A stretch of DNA of 64,000 nucleotides from an uncultured Planctomycetales bacterium (GCA_937982665.1 CALJLD010000060.1:16596-80595), one strand, 5' to 3'; shown: positions 45,014-54,642, counted from the first letter of the stretch. A program made the numbers and translations. Notes: generated by a model not told the origin, from the letters alone.

Positions 45014-46336
45014 ATGAAGACACTCCGCACTGATCGAAAAGGACAAAGAATGGTGCGCAACGCTATGCGATCTTTCTGCATTTTCAGTTGCCTGCTGCTG
45101 GGTTCCGCGGCGGTTGCCCAACAGCCGGTGAGAGAAGCGGCGACGATCGACCGTCCGGCCGTTACGTCCGCAACATTTGTGGAACGGCCGATCATTGCCG
45201 ACGAGGATGCGTTCGTCACCGTTCGGCATGTGCGGATTGACGGCAGCAATTTTGAGATTGGCCGCCGCCTGGCCGAGTTGGGCAAGACCCGACATGGTTA
45301 TCAGCCCAGCCAGCCGGAGGACAAGCAATTGGCCGCAGAGCGGTTGGAATATTTTCAGGAGAAATTCCCCGCTCATGCCGAACGCATGCGCGGCGTGGCG
45401 GCCGCATTTGGCGGAGACCTGAACGCCGAGGAATCAACAGATTACTCCGCTTTGGACTACGGATTTGTTCAGGCGGGGTGCAGCGTTGTTTTTTATCCGC
45501 CCAGCGTAACGGCGAGCGGCAAAGGAATCTTGAGCCGCAACTTTGATTTCACCACCGGCACCATCGAAGGCCGCAAGCCGCCGCAGGGCCAACCGGCCAT
45601 CTGCGAACAGCCGTACATCATCGAGCTTTATCCCGATGAAGGTTACGCCTCGCTCGCGCTGGTTTGTTACGACCTGCTGGGCGTTGTTGACGGCGTGAAC
45701 TCTGAATGCCTGAGCGTTGCATTGCTGGCAGACGATGAATTGGTCAGACGGTTTGGCGTTTATGATGGCATTGGTCCGCAAGCCGGTTTGGGCGTGTTGC
45801 AGGTTGGGCGAATGTTGCTGGATACGTGCGCGAACGTCGAGGAAGCCAAAGCGGCATTGCAAAGCCACAAACTTTATTACGCGCAGATTCCGTGCCATTA
45901 CATCATCGCGGACCGCCACGGCGAGTCATTCGTTTGGGAGAATAATCGCGAGATGAATGGCGGATTCGTCTTTCCCGGCGAGGGCCAACCTCAGGCAACA
46001 ACCAACTTCATGCGGTTCCTGCATGATGATCTGGCGGACCTGCCGGACGAATCGCATCCTGGCGGCAGTTTCAACCGCTATCGCAGGATTTGCGCAGGCT
46101 GGGAGGAACACGGCGAGTTGCTTACGCTGGCGGCCGTGAAAGAAATCAACGGCAGCGTCGCCGCTTCTGTGCCCAAGTCCAATCCGGACGCAGTGCCGGG
46201 ACGAACGATCTGGCACTCGGTCTATGTGCCGGAAAATCGCAGTTTGGAAGTTGATTTTTATGTCGGCGAGCCTGAGGACGAAGGCGGCAAGATTCGACGC
46301 AGCAAGTACTTCCAATTTCAATTGGATCGTCGCTGA
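45014..46336 (+). CDS. Ntn-hydrolase superfamily protein (C45/choloylglycine-hydrolase-like)
   Basis: Signal peptide (MRSFCIFSCLLLGSAAVAQQ). Candidate nucleophile context QAGCSVVFY, followed by the SRNFDF motif reminiscent of the Ntn RN.D motif. Confidence 0.45.
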   Translation: MKTLRTDRKGQRMVRNAMRSFCIFSCLLLGSAAVAQQPVREAATIDRPAVTSATFVERPIIADEDAFVTVRHVRIDGSNFEIGRRLAELGKTRHGYQPSQPEDKQLAAERLEYFQEKFPAHAERMRGVAAAFGGDLNAEESTDYSALDYGFVQAGCSVVFYPPSVTASGKGILSRNFDFTTGTIEGRKPPQGQPAICEQPYIIELYPDEGYASLALVCYDLLGVVDGVNSECLSVALLADDELVRRFGVYDGIGPQAGLGVLQVGRMLLDTCANVEEAKAALQSHKLYYAQIPCHYIIADRHGESFVWENNREMNGGFVFPGEGQPQATTNFMRFLHDDLADLPDESHPGGSFNRYRRICAGWEEHGELLTLAAVKEINGSVAASVPKSNPDAVPGRTIWHSVYVPENRSLEVDFYVGEPEDEGGKIRRSKYFQFQLDRR

Positions 46337-46496
46337 TCCCATGTCGCGCAAAGCGACATTCGTCGCGAATTTGTGACACTCGACACAATTGCGAGACATT
46401 CGCCGGCGCGACGGGTAGAATCAATGGGCGCGTAACGCCTTGTTGTTTCTAAAGAGGGACTGTGGTGTGCGTGATGTCGCTTCGCCCCGCAGCTGC

Positions 46497-46516
46497 AATT
46501 GTGAGCGCTCAAAACT
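46497..46516 (+). promoter_or_regulatory. LacI/GalR-type operator-like palindrome
   Basis: AATTGTGAGCGCTCAAAACT matches the symmetric lac operator AATTGTGAGCGCTCACAATT at 18 of 20 positions. It ends 1 nt before the RBS-like CCAGGAGG of the next gene. Confidence 0.35.
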
Positions 46517-46530
46517 CCAGGAGGAATGCC

Positions 46531-47583
46531 ATGGATCAACTTAACGAACAAACGGGCAACAACGGGAGTCGAGATTCGCTTGACCGGAGAAAGTTCATTC
46601 AAACGGCCAGCGCGGCGGCAATCGCCAGCGCGGCGCTGCCTGTGTTTGCGCAGGACACGGCCACGGACCGAGTTCAGGCTGACGGCAAACCGAAACCAGA
46701 AACCCTGGTCAAGCAACTTTATGATTCGCTGAATGAGCGGCAACATTCGGCCGTGTGTTTTGATTGGGATCATCAGGACAACAATCGCGGACTGTTGCGG
46801 ACGCGCGTATCCGCAAACTGGAAGATCACCAATCCAGACATCATCAGCAACTTTTACACCAAGGATCAGCAGGAGCTGATTCGCACAATCTTTGAAGGCA
46901 TTTATCACCCGGACTGGATTCCGCAGATTGAGAAGCAGTTGCAGGACGATGCCGGCGGTTATGGCAAAGATCAGACCATCGCCATCTTTGGTAAACCTGG
47001 CGAAGACAAGTTTGAGTTTGTCATGACGGGTCGGCACATGACGATTCGTTGTGATGGCAATTCGACGGACAGCATGGCCTTTGGCGGACCCATCTTCTAC
47101 GGTCACGCCGCGGAGTCAAACAACGAAAGCAAAGACCACAAAGGCAACGTCTATTGGCCGCAGGCGTTGGAAGCCAACAAGGTCTTTGAAATGCTGGATG
47201 GTCAGCAACGTCGCACTGCATTGGTGACCCGTCAGCCTGCCGAAAATGCCGTGGGCTTCCGCGGTCCGGATGCCAGGTTCCCCGGAATTTCGATTGGCGA
47301 ATTCAGTTCTGACCAGAAAGAACAAGTGCAAAAGACGCTGCAATCCATGTTGCAGGCCTATCGCAGTAGCGATCAGGAAGAAGCGCTTGATTGCCTGAAG
47401 CAGCAAGGCGGGCTGGATGCCTGCAGCCTGGCCTTCTATCAAGAAGGCGACATTGGCGATGACGGTGTTTGGGATTGCTGGCGAATTGAAGGGCCATCGT
47501 TCGTGTGGTACTTCCGTGGTGCCCCGCACGTTCACGTGTGGGTCAACATCGGCTCCGATCCCAGCATTAAGCTCAACGCTTAG
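46531..47583 (+). CDS. Tat-signal secreted protein (DUF3500-like?)
   Basis: Twin-arginine motif DRRKFIQTASAAAIASAALPVFA. The family assignment is from memory only (FEFVMTGRHMTIRCDG, HVHVW). Confidence 0.5.
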   Translation: MDQLNEQTGNNGSRDSLDRRKFIQTASAAAIASAALPVFAQDTATDRVQADGKPKPETLVKQLYDSLNERQHSAVCFDWDHQDNNRGLLRTRVSANWKITNPDIISNFYTKDQQELIRTIFEGIYHPDWIPQIEKQLQDDAGGYGKDQTIAIFGKPGEDKFEFVMTGRHMTIRCDGNSTDSMAFGGPIFYGHAAESNNESKDHKGNVYWPQALEANKVFEMLDGQQRRTALVTRQPAENAVGFRGPDARFPGISIGEFSSDQKEQVQKTLQSMLQAYRSSDQEEALDCLKQQGGLDACSLAFYQEGDIGDDGVWDCWRIEGPSFVWYFRGAPHVHVWVNIGSDPSIKLNA

Positions 47584-47615
47584 CACCCATTAGCTGGGAC
47601 CAACAGGAACAAAGT

Positions 47616-47642
47616 CACGGCGCGTAAGCGTCGTGGCTTTTT
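47616..47642 (+). terminator. rho-independent terminator
   Basis: CACGGCGC / GTAA / GCGTCGTG (one G-U pair), followed by GCTTTTT. Confidence 0.6.
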
Positions 47643-47669
47643 CATTATGGCGCTGCCAAGAAGGAGGCG

Positions 47670-48431
47670 TTATTCCGCAGACAAGCGAGCGCCGGCGGGA
47701 AGTTTCTCAAGCGGCGTGTAGCGCGGATGCCGTGAGTCTTCGTAGGGATCATTGCGGGCGGCGTTGTAGCAACAGATCAATGACCAGCGAGGATTCTCGG
47801 ACTTGTTGGCATCTGATCGATGCAGCAGATTGCAGTGAAAGAACAACGCATCGCCGGGTTTGGCTTCAATGTAATCCAGGGGGAATCGCTCGCGGGCGAC
47901 TTCGACACGCCGCAACTCGGCTCCGGCTTGATCTCCGGTCTTGCCGTGATCAATGCGACCAATGGCATGCGAACCCCGTAAGACTTGCAAGCAGCCGTTC
48001 TCGCGGTTTGCCGCGTCAACGGCAATCCAACAACTGGCCAACAGCGGTTCCAAACAACCGTTGTGATACCAATACCCGTAGTCCTGGTGCCACTCCCAAG
48101 CGCCACCCACGCGCGGCTCCTTGAGGATCATCTTGGAATGCCAGTGGTAGACCTCGCCGCTTAAGATCTGTTCCATGCGATCAACTATGCGCGGCAGCCG
48201 GCTGACTTGCCCGTAAAGATCGTCGCCGGGATTGTTCCAAAGCGCCAAGCGAACGGGCTGGCCGTCTGCGTCCGCTCGACCATATGCCGAGCCCACCAGC
48301 GAATGATCGCCACGCGCGTGCGCGGCCAGCAGTTGAATTTCCTGCTCGCTCAGTAGCGAGGGAACAAGCACGTAGCCGTCGCGCTCAAACGCGGCAAGTT
48401 CTTCCGGCGAAAATGTGGAGGTAGCGCTCAT
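47670..48431 (-). CDS. phytanoyl-CoA dioxygenase (PhyH) family Fe(II)/2-oxoglutarate oxygenase
   Basis: Motifs F.RDGYV, WHQDYGYW (H-x-D) and FFHCNLLHRSDAN. ATG at 48431. Confidence 0.8.
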   Translation of the reverse strand: MSATSTFSPEELAAFERDGYVLVPSLLSEQEIQLLAAHARGDHSLVGSAYGRADADGQPVRLALWNNPGDDLYGQVSRLPRIVDRMEQILSGEVYHWHSKMILKEPRVGGAWEWHQDYGYWYHNGCLEPLLASCWIAVDAANRENGCLQVLRGSHAIGRIDHGKTGDQAGAELRRVEVARERFPLDYIEAKPGDALFFHCNLLHRSDANKSENPRWSLICCYNAARNDPYEDSRHPRYTPLEKLPAGARLSAE

Positions 48432-48451
48432 CAAAGCATCTTGGTCAGGCG

Positions 48452-49261
48452 TTAACCCCTTTGCAAGATCAGGACGACATCTTCGGTCGTATCATCAATG
48501 TCATAGGGCGCTTCCAGATCGTAGGCAAAGTCGTACGTCGCCAGCAAATGAAATTCGGGCACAGAACGTAAGAGCGCCGTGAGTTGCTGTTTTGAATACG
48601 TACGAAAGACCATCTCCTCGCGAAAGTGATGCCCCCCGGTGGGCGTTTCGACATCAACAAACAGATCGACCAACTCGCGACGACGGCGGCGATCGATCTT
48701 TCGCGTGATCATCCGCGTGCTGACTTTCAGTTTCCCGCGCTTCGATTCCCAGCTTTCCTCGGTACAAAGCGGCTCACCAGGCGGAGTCAGATGAAAACCG
48801 AGAACGTAAAGCCCGCCGGGACGGAGAACTTCCGCCACGCAACGAAGATGCGCCACGGCCGCATCCTCGGTATCCAAGTGCCGGAAGCTATTAATCGTAT
48901 TGAAGGCCGCATCAAATGGCCGCCGAACTTTGAAATCGTCGAGGCGGAAATCCGCCATGTCCCCAACGATGGCCGTTTGCTTTAGCTCGCGACGAAGCAA
49001 TCGACGATTGCAATAGCGGACGGCGCGAGGATTCAGATCGATGCCATGGCAGGCATAACCGGCCTTGGCGAATCGATACAGCAACCGCCCCGTTCCACTT
49101 GCCGGCTCCAGCAAGCGCTGGCAACGCCCGCTGACAAACTCCGCAAAGCACTCCTCCAGGAAACGGAACTCGCGCTTCCAGTCGTTTCCAAAAACAACGT
49201 CGTAGTACTTTGGGTGGTCGTAGAGTTTCGCCTGGGGAATTGTGGTTGCGGCCTTGCTCAC
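48452..49261 (-). CDS. class I SAM-dependent methyltransferase
   Basis: Motif I LLEPASGTGRLL, then HGIDLN and FNTINSF. The track start (49468) overlaps the upstream gene by 71 nt and adds a basic low-complexity tail. I prefer the GTG at 49261 behind AAGGA, but the start is uncertain (GTG at 49336 is also possible). Confidence 0.7.
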   Translation of the reverse strand: MSKAATTIPQAKLYDHPKYYDVVFGNDWKREFRFLEECFAEFVSGRCQRLLEPASGTGRLLYRFAKAGYACHGIDLNPRAVRYCNRRLLRRELKQTAIVGDMADFRLDDFKVRRPFDAAFNTINSFRHLDTEDAAVAHLRCVAEVLRPGGLYVLGFHLTPPGEPLCTEESWESKRGKLKVSTRMITRKIDRRRRRELVDLFVDVETPTGGHHFREEMVFRTYSKQQLTALLRSVPEFHLLATYDFAYDLEAPYDIDDTTEDVVLILQRG

Positions 49262-49397
49262 AACAGTCCTTTGGCAAACGTCTACGTTGTGGAATTTCGG
49301 AAGCGTGATTGTGCGATCACTTTTTTTCAGGGCCACTTTGCTGTGGCCTTTTCGCGGCGCCTCTTTTGCGGGAGAGAGCCGACCAGGAAAGTCCAGG

Positions 49398-51497
49398 TTA
49401 GTCGTCTTCCTCTTCTTCCAGCTTCGCCTTGGAGATGATCTCCTGCTGCACGTTGCCAGGCACGACATCGTAGCGAGAGAACTCCATCGTGTAGCTTCCT
49501 TGGCCTCCGGTGATGCTGGAAAGCGTGCGGGCGTAGGTCGTCACTTCGGACAGCGGAACTTCCGCGGTGATGATCATCATTCCGCCGCCAGCGGCATCGG
49601 TTCCCAGCACTCGCCCTCGACGACCGGAAAGATCGCTGTTGATGTCACCCAGTTTGTCGCCAGGTACGGTGACTTCAATCTGCACGATGGGCTCAAGCAG
49701 CGAAGGCTTTGCCTGTTGGAACGTGTTACGGAAAGCCATAGAGCCGGCAGTCTTGAACGCGGCTTCCGAGCTATCCACATCGTGATACTTGCCGAAGTGA
49801 ACTTCCACGCAAACGTTGACGACCTGATAGCCGGCGATGACGCCGCGGGACATTCGTTCTTTGAAGCCTTTTTCGACCGCTGGCAAGAAGTTTGAAGGAA
49901 TGGTGCCGCCAACGATGGAGTTCACCCAAACAAAGTTGTTGCTGGGTTCGTGATGGAATTCCTTCATCTGCGGGAACTTGTCCGACGTGCAAAAATCTTC
50001 GGCGGCGATGTTGTCCGGGAAAGGCATCATGCGAATGTGGACTTCGCCAAATTGACCGCGTCCGCCCGACTGCTTCTTGTGGCGGTAGCTGTCTTCGGCT
50101 TTGGCCGTGATAGTTTCGCGATAAGGAATCTTGGGTTCCTTGGTGCTGACTTCAACTTTGTCACGACGTTTGAGACGCTCCTGAATAATCTGCAGATGGA
50201 GTTCGCTCATGCCGGTCATGACCAGTTCTTTGGTCTGCGCATCACGGTCGAGCTTGAAGGTCGAGTCTTCTTCGACAATCTTGGCCAACGCACCGGAGAG
50301 CTTGCCTTCATCACCGCGACTCTTGGGCGTGACCGCCAGGCCAACCATGGGCATGGGGAACTTGATTGCCGGAAGTTTGATCTTGCCCAGCGACACGCCG
50401 GTGTGCAGATCATCCATCTTGGCCACGGCGACAATTTCGCCAGGACCGGCGGCATCAATGGCTGAAGTCTCCGAGCCTTGGACAGTGAGCAATGCGCCCA
50501 TCTTCACCGGCTTGCGCGCGCTGGAGATGTCCACCGACTCATCCTTGGCCAGCTTGCCGCTGTAGATGCGGATGAAGCTGAGCTTTTGCACGAAGGGGTC
50601 AATCCGCGTCTTGAAGACTTGTGCGGCCAATGGGGCGTTGGCGTCCGGCTTGATTTTCACTTCGTTGCCGTCCCCGTCCGTGCCGGTGCGATTCACCGTG
50701 CCCGGCGGCACGGCGCAACGGCGGAACGCCTGCAAGAGTTCGTTCAGTCCGATCTTGTTTTTTGCTGAGATGGCGACGATGGGAATCAGGCTGCCGGCAA
50801 CGATGGATTCACGCAGCAGGCGGTTCAGTTCATCACCGCTGGGTTTCTCGCCTTCGAAGTATTTCTCGGTCGCGGCTTCGTCAACTTCGACGATCGCCTC
50901 AATCAAGCCTTCGTGAATCTCATTGGGGTCAATCAAAGCGCCGGCCGCATCGCCGGAAACTTCCAGACAGCTGGCCACACCTTTGAAGTCCGCACCAGCG
51001 CCAAGCGGCACGTTCAGCGGAATGCAGGCCTGGCCCCAAACCTCTTTGATGGACTCCACCAGCGCGGGGTAATCCACATTGTCCGCGTCCATACGGTTGA
51101 TGATGATCATCCGCGCCAGCCCTAGCTTGCCGGCTTCCGCAAAGACGCGCCGCGTGTTGACTTCAATCCCGGAGCCGGCGTTGATGACAATCGCCGCCGT
51201 CTCAACTCCGTGCAACGCTCCCAGCGTCTGCCCGATGAAGTCCGGATAGCCAGGCGTATCGATCAGGTTGACGTGCATCCCTTCGTGATCGAAGTGAACG
51301 AGCGAGGCTTCGATACTGTACTTGTGGTCCTTCTCTTCTTCGTCGAAGTCACACAGGCTGGTGCCATCGTCAACACTGCCGGCAGTCTTGACCGCGCCGG
51401 TCATTGCCAACAGCGTGTCTGCAAGTGTTGTTTTCCCCGCCGAGCCGTGGCCGCAAAGTGCGAGATTGCGAATATCGTCGATTGCATACTTGGCCAT
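49398..51497 (-). CDS. elongation factor G paralog (EF-G2-like)
   Basis: G1 GHGSAGKTT, DTPGYPDF, NRMD. Full five-domain length (699 aa). Not located next to rpsL/rpsG/tuf. Confidence 0.85.
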   Translation of the reverse strand: MAKYAIDDIRNLALCGHGSAGKTTLADTLLAMTGAVKTAGSVDDGTSLCDFDEEEKDHKYSIEASLVHFDHEGMHVNLIDTPGYPDFIGQTLGALHGVETAAIVINAGSGIEVNTRRVFAEAGKLGLARMIIINRMDADNVDYPALVESIKEVWGQACIPLNVPLGAGADFKGVASCLEVSGDAAGALIDPNEIHEGLIEAIVEVDEAATEKYFEGEKPSGDELNRLLRESIVAGSLIPIVAISAKNKIGLNELLQAFRRCAVPPGTVNRTGTDGDGNEVKIKPDANAPLAAQVFKTRIDPFVQKLSFIRIYSGKLAKDESVDISSARKPVKMGALLTVQGSETSAIDAAGPGEIVAVAKMDDLHTGVSLGKIKLPAIKFPMPMVGLAVTPKSRGDEGKLSGALAKIVEEDSTFKLDRDAQTKELVMTGMSELHLQIIQERLKRRDKVEVSTKEPKIPYRETITAKAEDSYRHKKQSGGRGQFGEVHIRMMPFPDNIAAEDFCTSDKFPQMKEFHHEPSNNFVWVNSIVGGTIPSNFLPAVEKGFKERMSRGVIAGYQVVNVCVEVHFGKYHDVDSSEAAFKTAGSMAFRNTFQQAKPSLLEPIVQIEVTVPGDKLGDINSDLSGRRGRVLGTDAAGGGMMIITAEVPLSEVTTYARTLSSITGGQGSYTMEFSRYDVVPGNVQQEIISKAKLEEEEDD

Positions 51498-51623
51498 GAA
51501 ACACGTTCCTTAGTTTGATTGACTCGCTTCATAAGTGGCGTCAGCCAACTTATGAGCCCCACCCACTGGATGTGTAGTTTGAATTCTTCCGCATTTGTCG
51601 GCGAAACACAAAGCGGAGCACAA

Positions 51624-52379
51624 TCAGGAAGGACTGCGCTCTTTCGGTTCGACATTTTCCGCATGATCAGCGGCGACTTGGACGGCTTCCGCCAGATCAA
51701 TTTTTCCCTCGTAGAAAGCCCGCCCGATGATGCACCCCGCGGCACCGGCATGTTTGAGCTGCGCGACATCATCAACTGTCGTCACGCCGCCGGATGCCAA
51801 AACCGGGGAACGGACTTTGTCGCACAATGTCTTGGTGGCAGCAAGATTTGGCCCCTGCAACATTCCGTCCGTGGCGATGTCCGTGAACAGAAACGCGGCG
51901 ATGGGCTCATCATCAAGGTCCAACGCAAGGTCAACCGCGTCCCGGCCTTCGGTTGTTTTCCAACCATCTGTGGCCAACTTTCCGTCGCGAGCATCAATTC
52001 CCAGAACCAGCTTGTTTGGGTACTTCCGGCACATGGACCGGAACCACTCCGGCTCGCGGATGCCACGAGTGCCGATCACCACCCTGGAAACGCCTGACTC
52101 CAGCCAGCGGACGATAGCGTCTTCATCTCTGATGCCACCGCCAACCTGACAAGGCAATCCGGACGCTTGAACAAGCGATTCGACGATGGGTTGATTTGTG
52201 GGCCGACCGTCACGGGCGCCGTCCAAATCAACGATATGCAATCGCAGGGCCCCAGCTTCAGCCAGTCTTGTTGCGGCGGCGGTGGGGTCCGCTTCAAAGA
52301 TGGTTTCCCGCGCGTAATCGCCTTGCTGAAGCCGCACGCAGTGTCCGTTGCGAAGATCGATCGCCGGCCAGACCTGCAT
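51624..52379 (-). CDS. hisA: 1-(5-phosphoribosyl)-5-[(5-phosphoribosylamino)methylideneamino]imidazole-4-carboxamide isomerase
   Basis: MQVWPAIDLRNGHCVRLQQGDY, HIVDLDGA, QVGGGIR, and ASGGV near the C-terminus. Start refined to the ATG at 52379. Confidence 0.85.
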   Translation of the reverse strand: MQVWPAIDLRNGHCVRLQQGDYARETIFEADPTAAATRLAEAGALRLHIVDLDGARDGRPTNQPIVESLVQASGLPCQVGGGIRDEDAIVRWLESGVSRVVIGTRGIREPEWFRSMCRKYPNKLVLGIDARDGKLATDGWKTTEGRDAVDLALDLDDEPIAAFLFTDIATDGMLQGPNLAATKTLCDKVRSPVLASGGVTTVDDVAQLKHAGAAGCIIGRAFYEGKIDLAEAVQVAADHAENVEPKERSPS

Positions 52380-52628
52380 CAGCTGAGGCTCGCTTTCCCT
52401 GGGCACATTCTCTGAATGGAAACCTGGAATATGCCAGAGATTATGGCGATTTTCAAGCCTCGCGACCGCCAAGAATCGCCTCCATCGCACGAACTCCCTG
52501 TATGGGCTCGCCGTATGCCCAAGGGGTGAGGTTGCGGCAATGGGCGCGTTTTTTGCTGTGTAGGTAATGTTCGCGGAAGCTGCCATTTTGGCGAGCCGAC
52601 CGATCATCGATTCTTTGAGTGAGACGCA

Positions 52629-53309
52629 ATGTTTTTCTTTGATCTCTGGTACCTGGCGTTTATTGCTCCGGCGATTGTGCTCATGATCTGGGCTCAGTAC
52701 CGGTTGCGGTCAACCTATGCGGAAGCTCAGCAGTTCCCTGTCTTTCAGACCGGCGCTCGGGCCGCACGCGATATCCTCGATTCGGCCGGACTGCACAACG
52801 TCCGAATTGAACACGTTGGTGGCAAATTGTCCGATCACTATGATCCGCGGCATCGCGTTTTGCGGCTGAGCCACGATGTGTACGCCGGACAGAATGCCGC
52901 GGCTGTGGGAATTGCCGCGCATGAAGCAGGCCACGCCCTGCAAGACGCCAAGGGATATTCCTTGATGGGCATCCGCAACGCAGCCGTGCCAATCGCCAAG
53001 TTTGGCAGCAGCTTTGGCGTGCTGCTCATCATCTTGGGCTTCTTTCTGCAGGCGATGCCTGTGGTCTGGATCGGGATCATCGCCTTCGGCGGCGTGGTCG
53101 CGTTCCAGCTCATCAACCTTCCCGTGGAGTACGATGCCAGCCGTCGTGCGAAGGCCCAGCTCGCGGCATTGGGGATTGTGGGCGATACGGAAATGGTCCA
53201 GGTGCAAAAGATGCTCTCTGCTGCCGCCCTGACGTATGTGGCCGGCGCGCTGCAATCGCTGCTGATTTTGCTGTACTACGTGTGGCGGTTTACAGGCTCG
53301 CGCGATTAA
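52629..53309 (+). CDS. putative neutral zinc metallopeptidase (Zn_peptidase_2 family membrane protein)
   Basis: Motifs LSDHYDPR...L, VGIAAHEAGHALQ, and C-terminal TM helices with the pattern PVEYDAS.RA. Confidence 0.8.
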   Translation: MFFFDLWYLAFIAPAIVLMIWAQYRLRSTYAEAQQFPVFQTGARAARDILDSAGLHNVRIEHVGGKLSDHYDPRHRVLRLSHDVYAGQNAAAVGIAAHEAGHALQDAKGYSLMGIRNAAVPIAKFGSSFGVLLIILGFFLQAMPVVWIGIIAFGGVVAFQLINLPVEYDASRRAKAQLAALGIVGDTEMVQVQKMLSAAALTYVAGALQSLLILLYYVWRFTGSRD

Positions 53310-53464
53310 GCACCAATCTGGGCTGGGGATGCCCAGGTCGATAATGCCTAGGACGATGAAGAATTGGCACATTGCACTGTGCCCACAAGCTGCCTTGGTT
53401 TACGCCGCCGGAATACATCATTATCCTGATGCGCTCGAATTCTCGTCACTCTGCTTGAGAACCG

Positions 53465-54613
53465 ATGCGCTATCAGAACGTATTCCTCGAATCCATCGGC
53501 TATGTCCTCCCCGGCGAGGTCTTAACGTCGAGCGATTTGGAAGCGCGGCTCCAGCCGGTCTATTCGCGGCTGCGGCTGCCTGAAGGCCGCTTGGAACTCA
53601 TGTCCGGCATCCAGGAACGCCGACTTTGGCGGCCAGGCACGCTCCCCAGTCAAATGAGCGCGGCTGCCGGGGAATTGGCTCTCAAAGCCGCGGAAGTTCA
53701 GCCGCAAAGCGTGGGAGCAATCTTTCATTGCGGAGTTTGTCGGGATCAATTGGAACCGGCCACAAGCTGTCATGTCCATCGCAGCCTGAAGTTGCCGTCA
53801 ACTTGCCTAGTGCATGACGTTTCCAACGCATGCCTGGGCTTCCTCAACGGCATGATCCTGGCAGCCAATATGATCGAGCTTGGCCAGATCAACTCGGCCT
53901 TGGTGGTCACCAGCGAAGGCAGCCGCGAGTTGGTCGAAGGGACGATCAACGAACTCAATACCAATGAGACTCTGACGCGCGACGACATCAAGCTCGCCGT
54001 TGCGTCGTTGACAATTGGCTCAGCCGCGGTTGCCGCCGTGCTGACCAACCAGCAACTTTCACGGCACGGCACAAGGCTCTCCGCAGCCGTAAGCCGCGCA
54101 TACACACAGCACGACAGGTTGTGCCAGGGGACAATGGATCAAGGCGTCGCCGAGGGGATGCAGCCTTTGATGCAAACCGACTCCGAGCAATTGCTGACCG
54201 CAGGCATTGAATCCGCCACCGCGTGCTTTGACGACTTTGCGGCTGAGTCGGGATGGTCACAAACACAGATTGACCGCACCGTTGGCCACCAGGTTGGCAA
54301 AGCCCATCGCAAGGCGTTGTTGTCAACGCTAAAGCTGGACCCTGCGAACGATTTCACCAGCTACGAACGCCTGGGCAACACCGGAAGCGCGGCGCTCCCC
54401 ATCACAACGGCGTTTGCGGCCGAGGCGAACTTCCTGCGACCTGACGACCGCGTCGCCCTCATGGGCATCGGCTCCGGCATCAATGTCGTAATGCTCGCCG
54501 CCGATTGGCAATCGATCGCCATTGAGGGACGGGATGAAATAGCGGTTAGTCCCGTTGCCATTCGTCCGCCTAACACTGCGAGACCAGAGCGCCCGAAGCT
54601 GAGTCTTTCGTGA
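53465..54613 (+). CDS. 3-oxoacyl-ACP synthase III (KAS III/FabH)-like condensing enzyme
   Basis: Active-site Cys context DVSNACLGFLNG, a later HQVGKAH, and GNTGSAALP. No other fab genes are nearby. Confidence 0.7.
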   Translation: MRYQNVFLESIGYVLPGEVLTSSDLEARLQPVYSRLRLPEGRLELMSGIQERRLWRPGTLPSQMSAAAGELALKAAEVQPQSVGAIFHCGVCRDQLEPATSCHVHRSLKLPSTCLVHDVSNACLGFLNGMILAANMIELGQINSALVVTSEGSRELVEGTINELNTNETLTRDDIKLAVASLTIGSAAVAAVLTNQQLSRHGTRLSAAVSRAYTQHDRLCQGTMDQGVAEGMQPLMQTDSEQLLTAGIESATACFDDFAAESGWSQTQIDRTVGHQVGKAHRKALLSTLKLDPANDFTSYERLGNTGSAALPITTAFAAEANFLRPDDRVALMGIGSGINVVMLAADWQSIAIEGRDEIAVSPVAIRPPNTARPERPKLSLS

Positions 54614-54642
54614 ATGCCATTGCCCCCGGATAAACGTACTGG

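Noticed and set aside
51624-52379. hisA isolated from all other his genes, considered as a possible anomaly.
   Set aside because: Scattered biosynthetic genes are usual in genomes of this type. The protein looks complete and ordinary.
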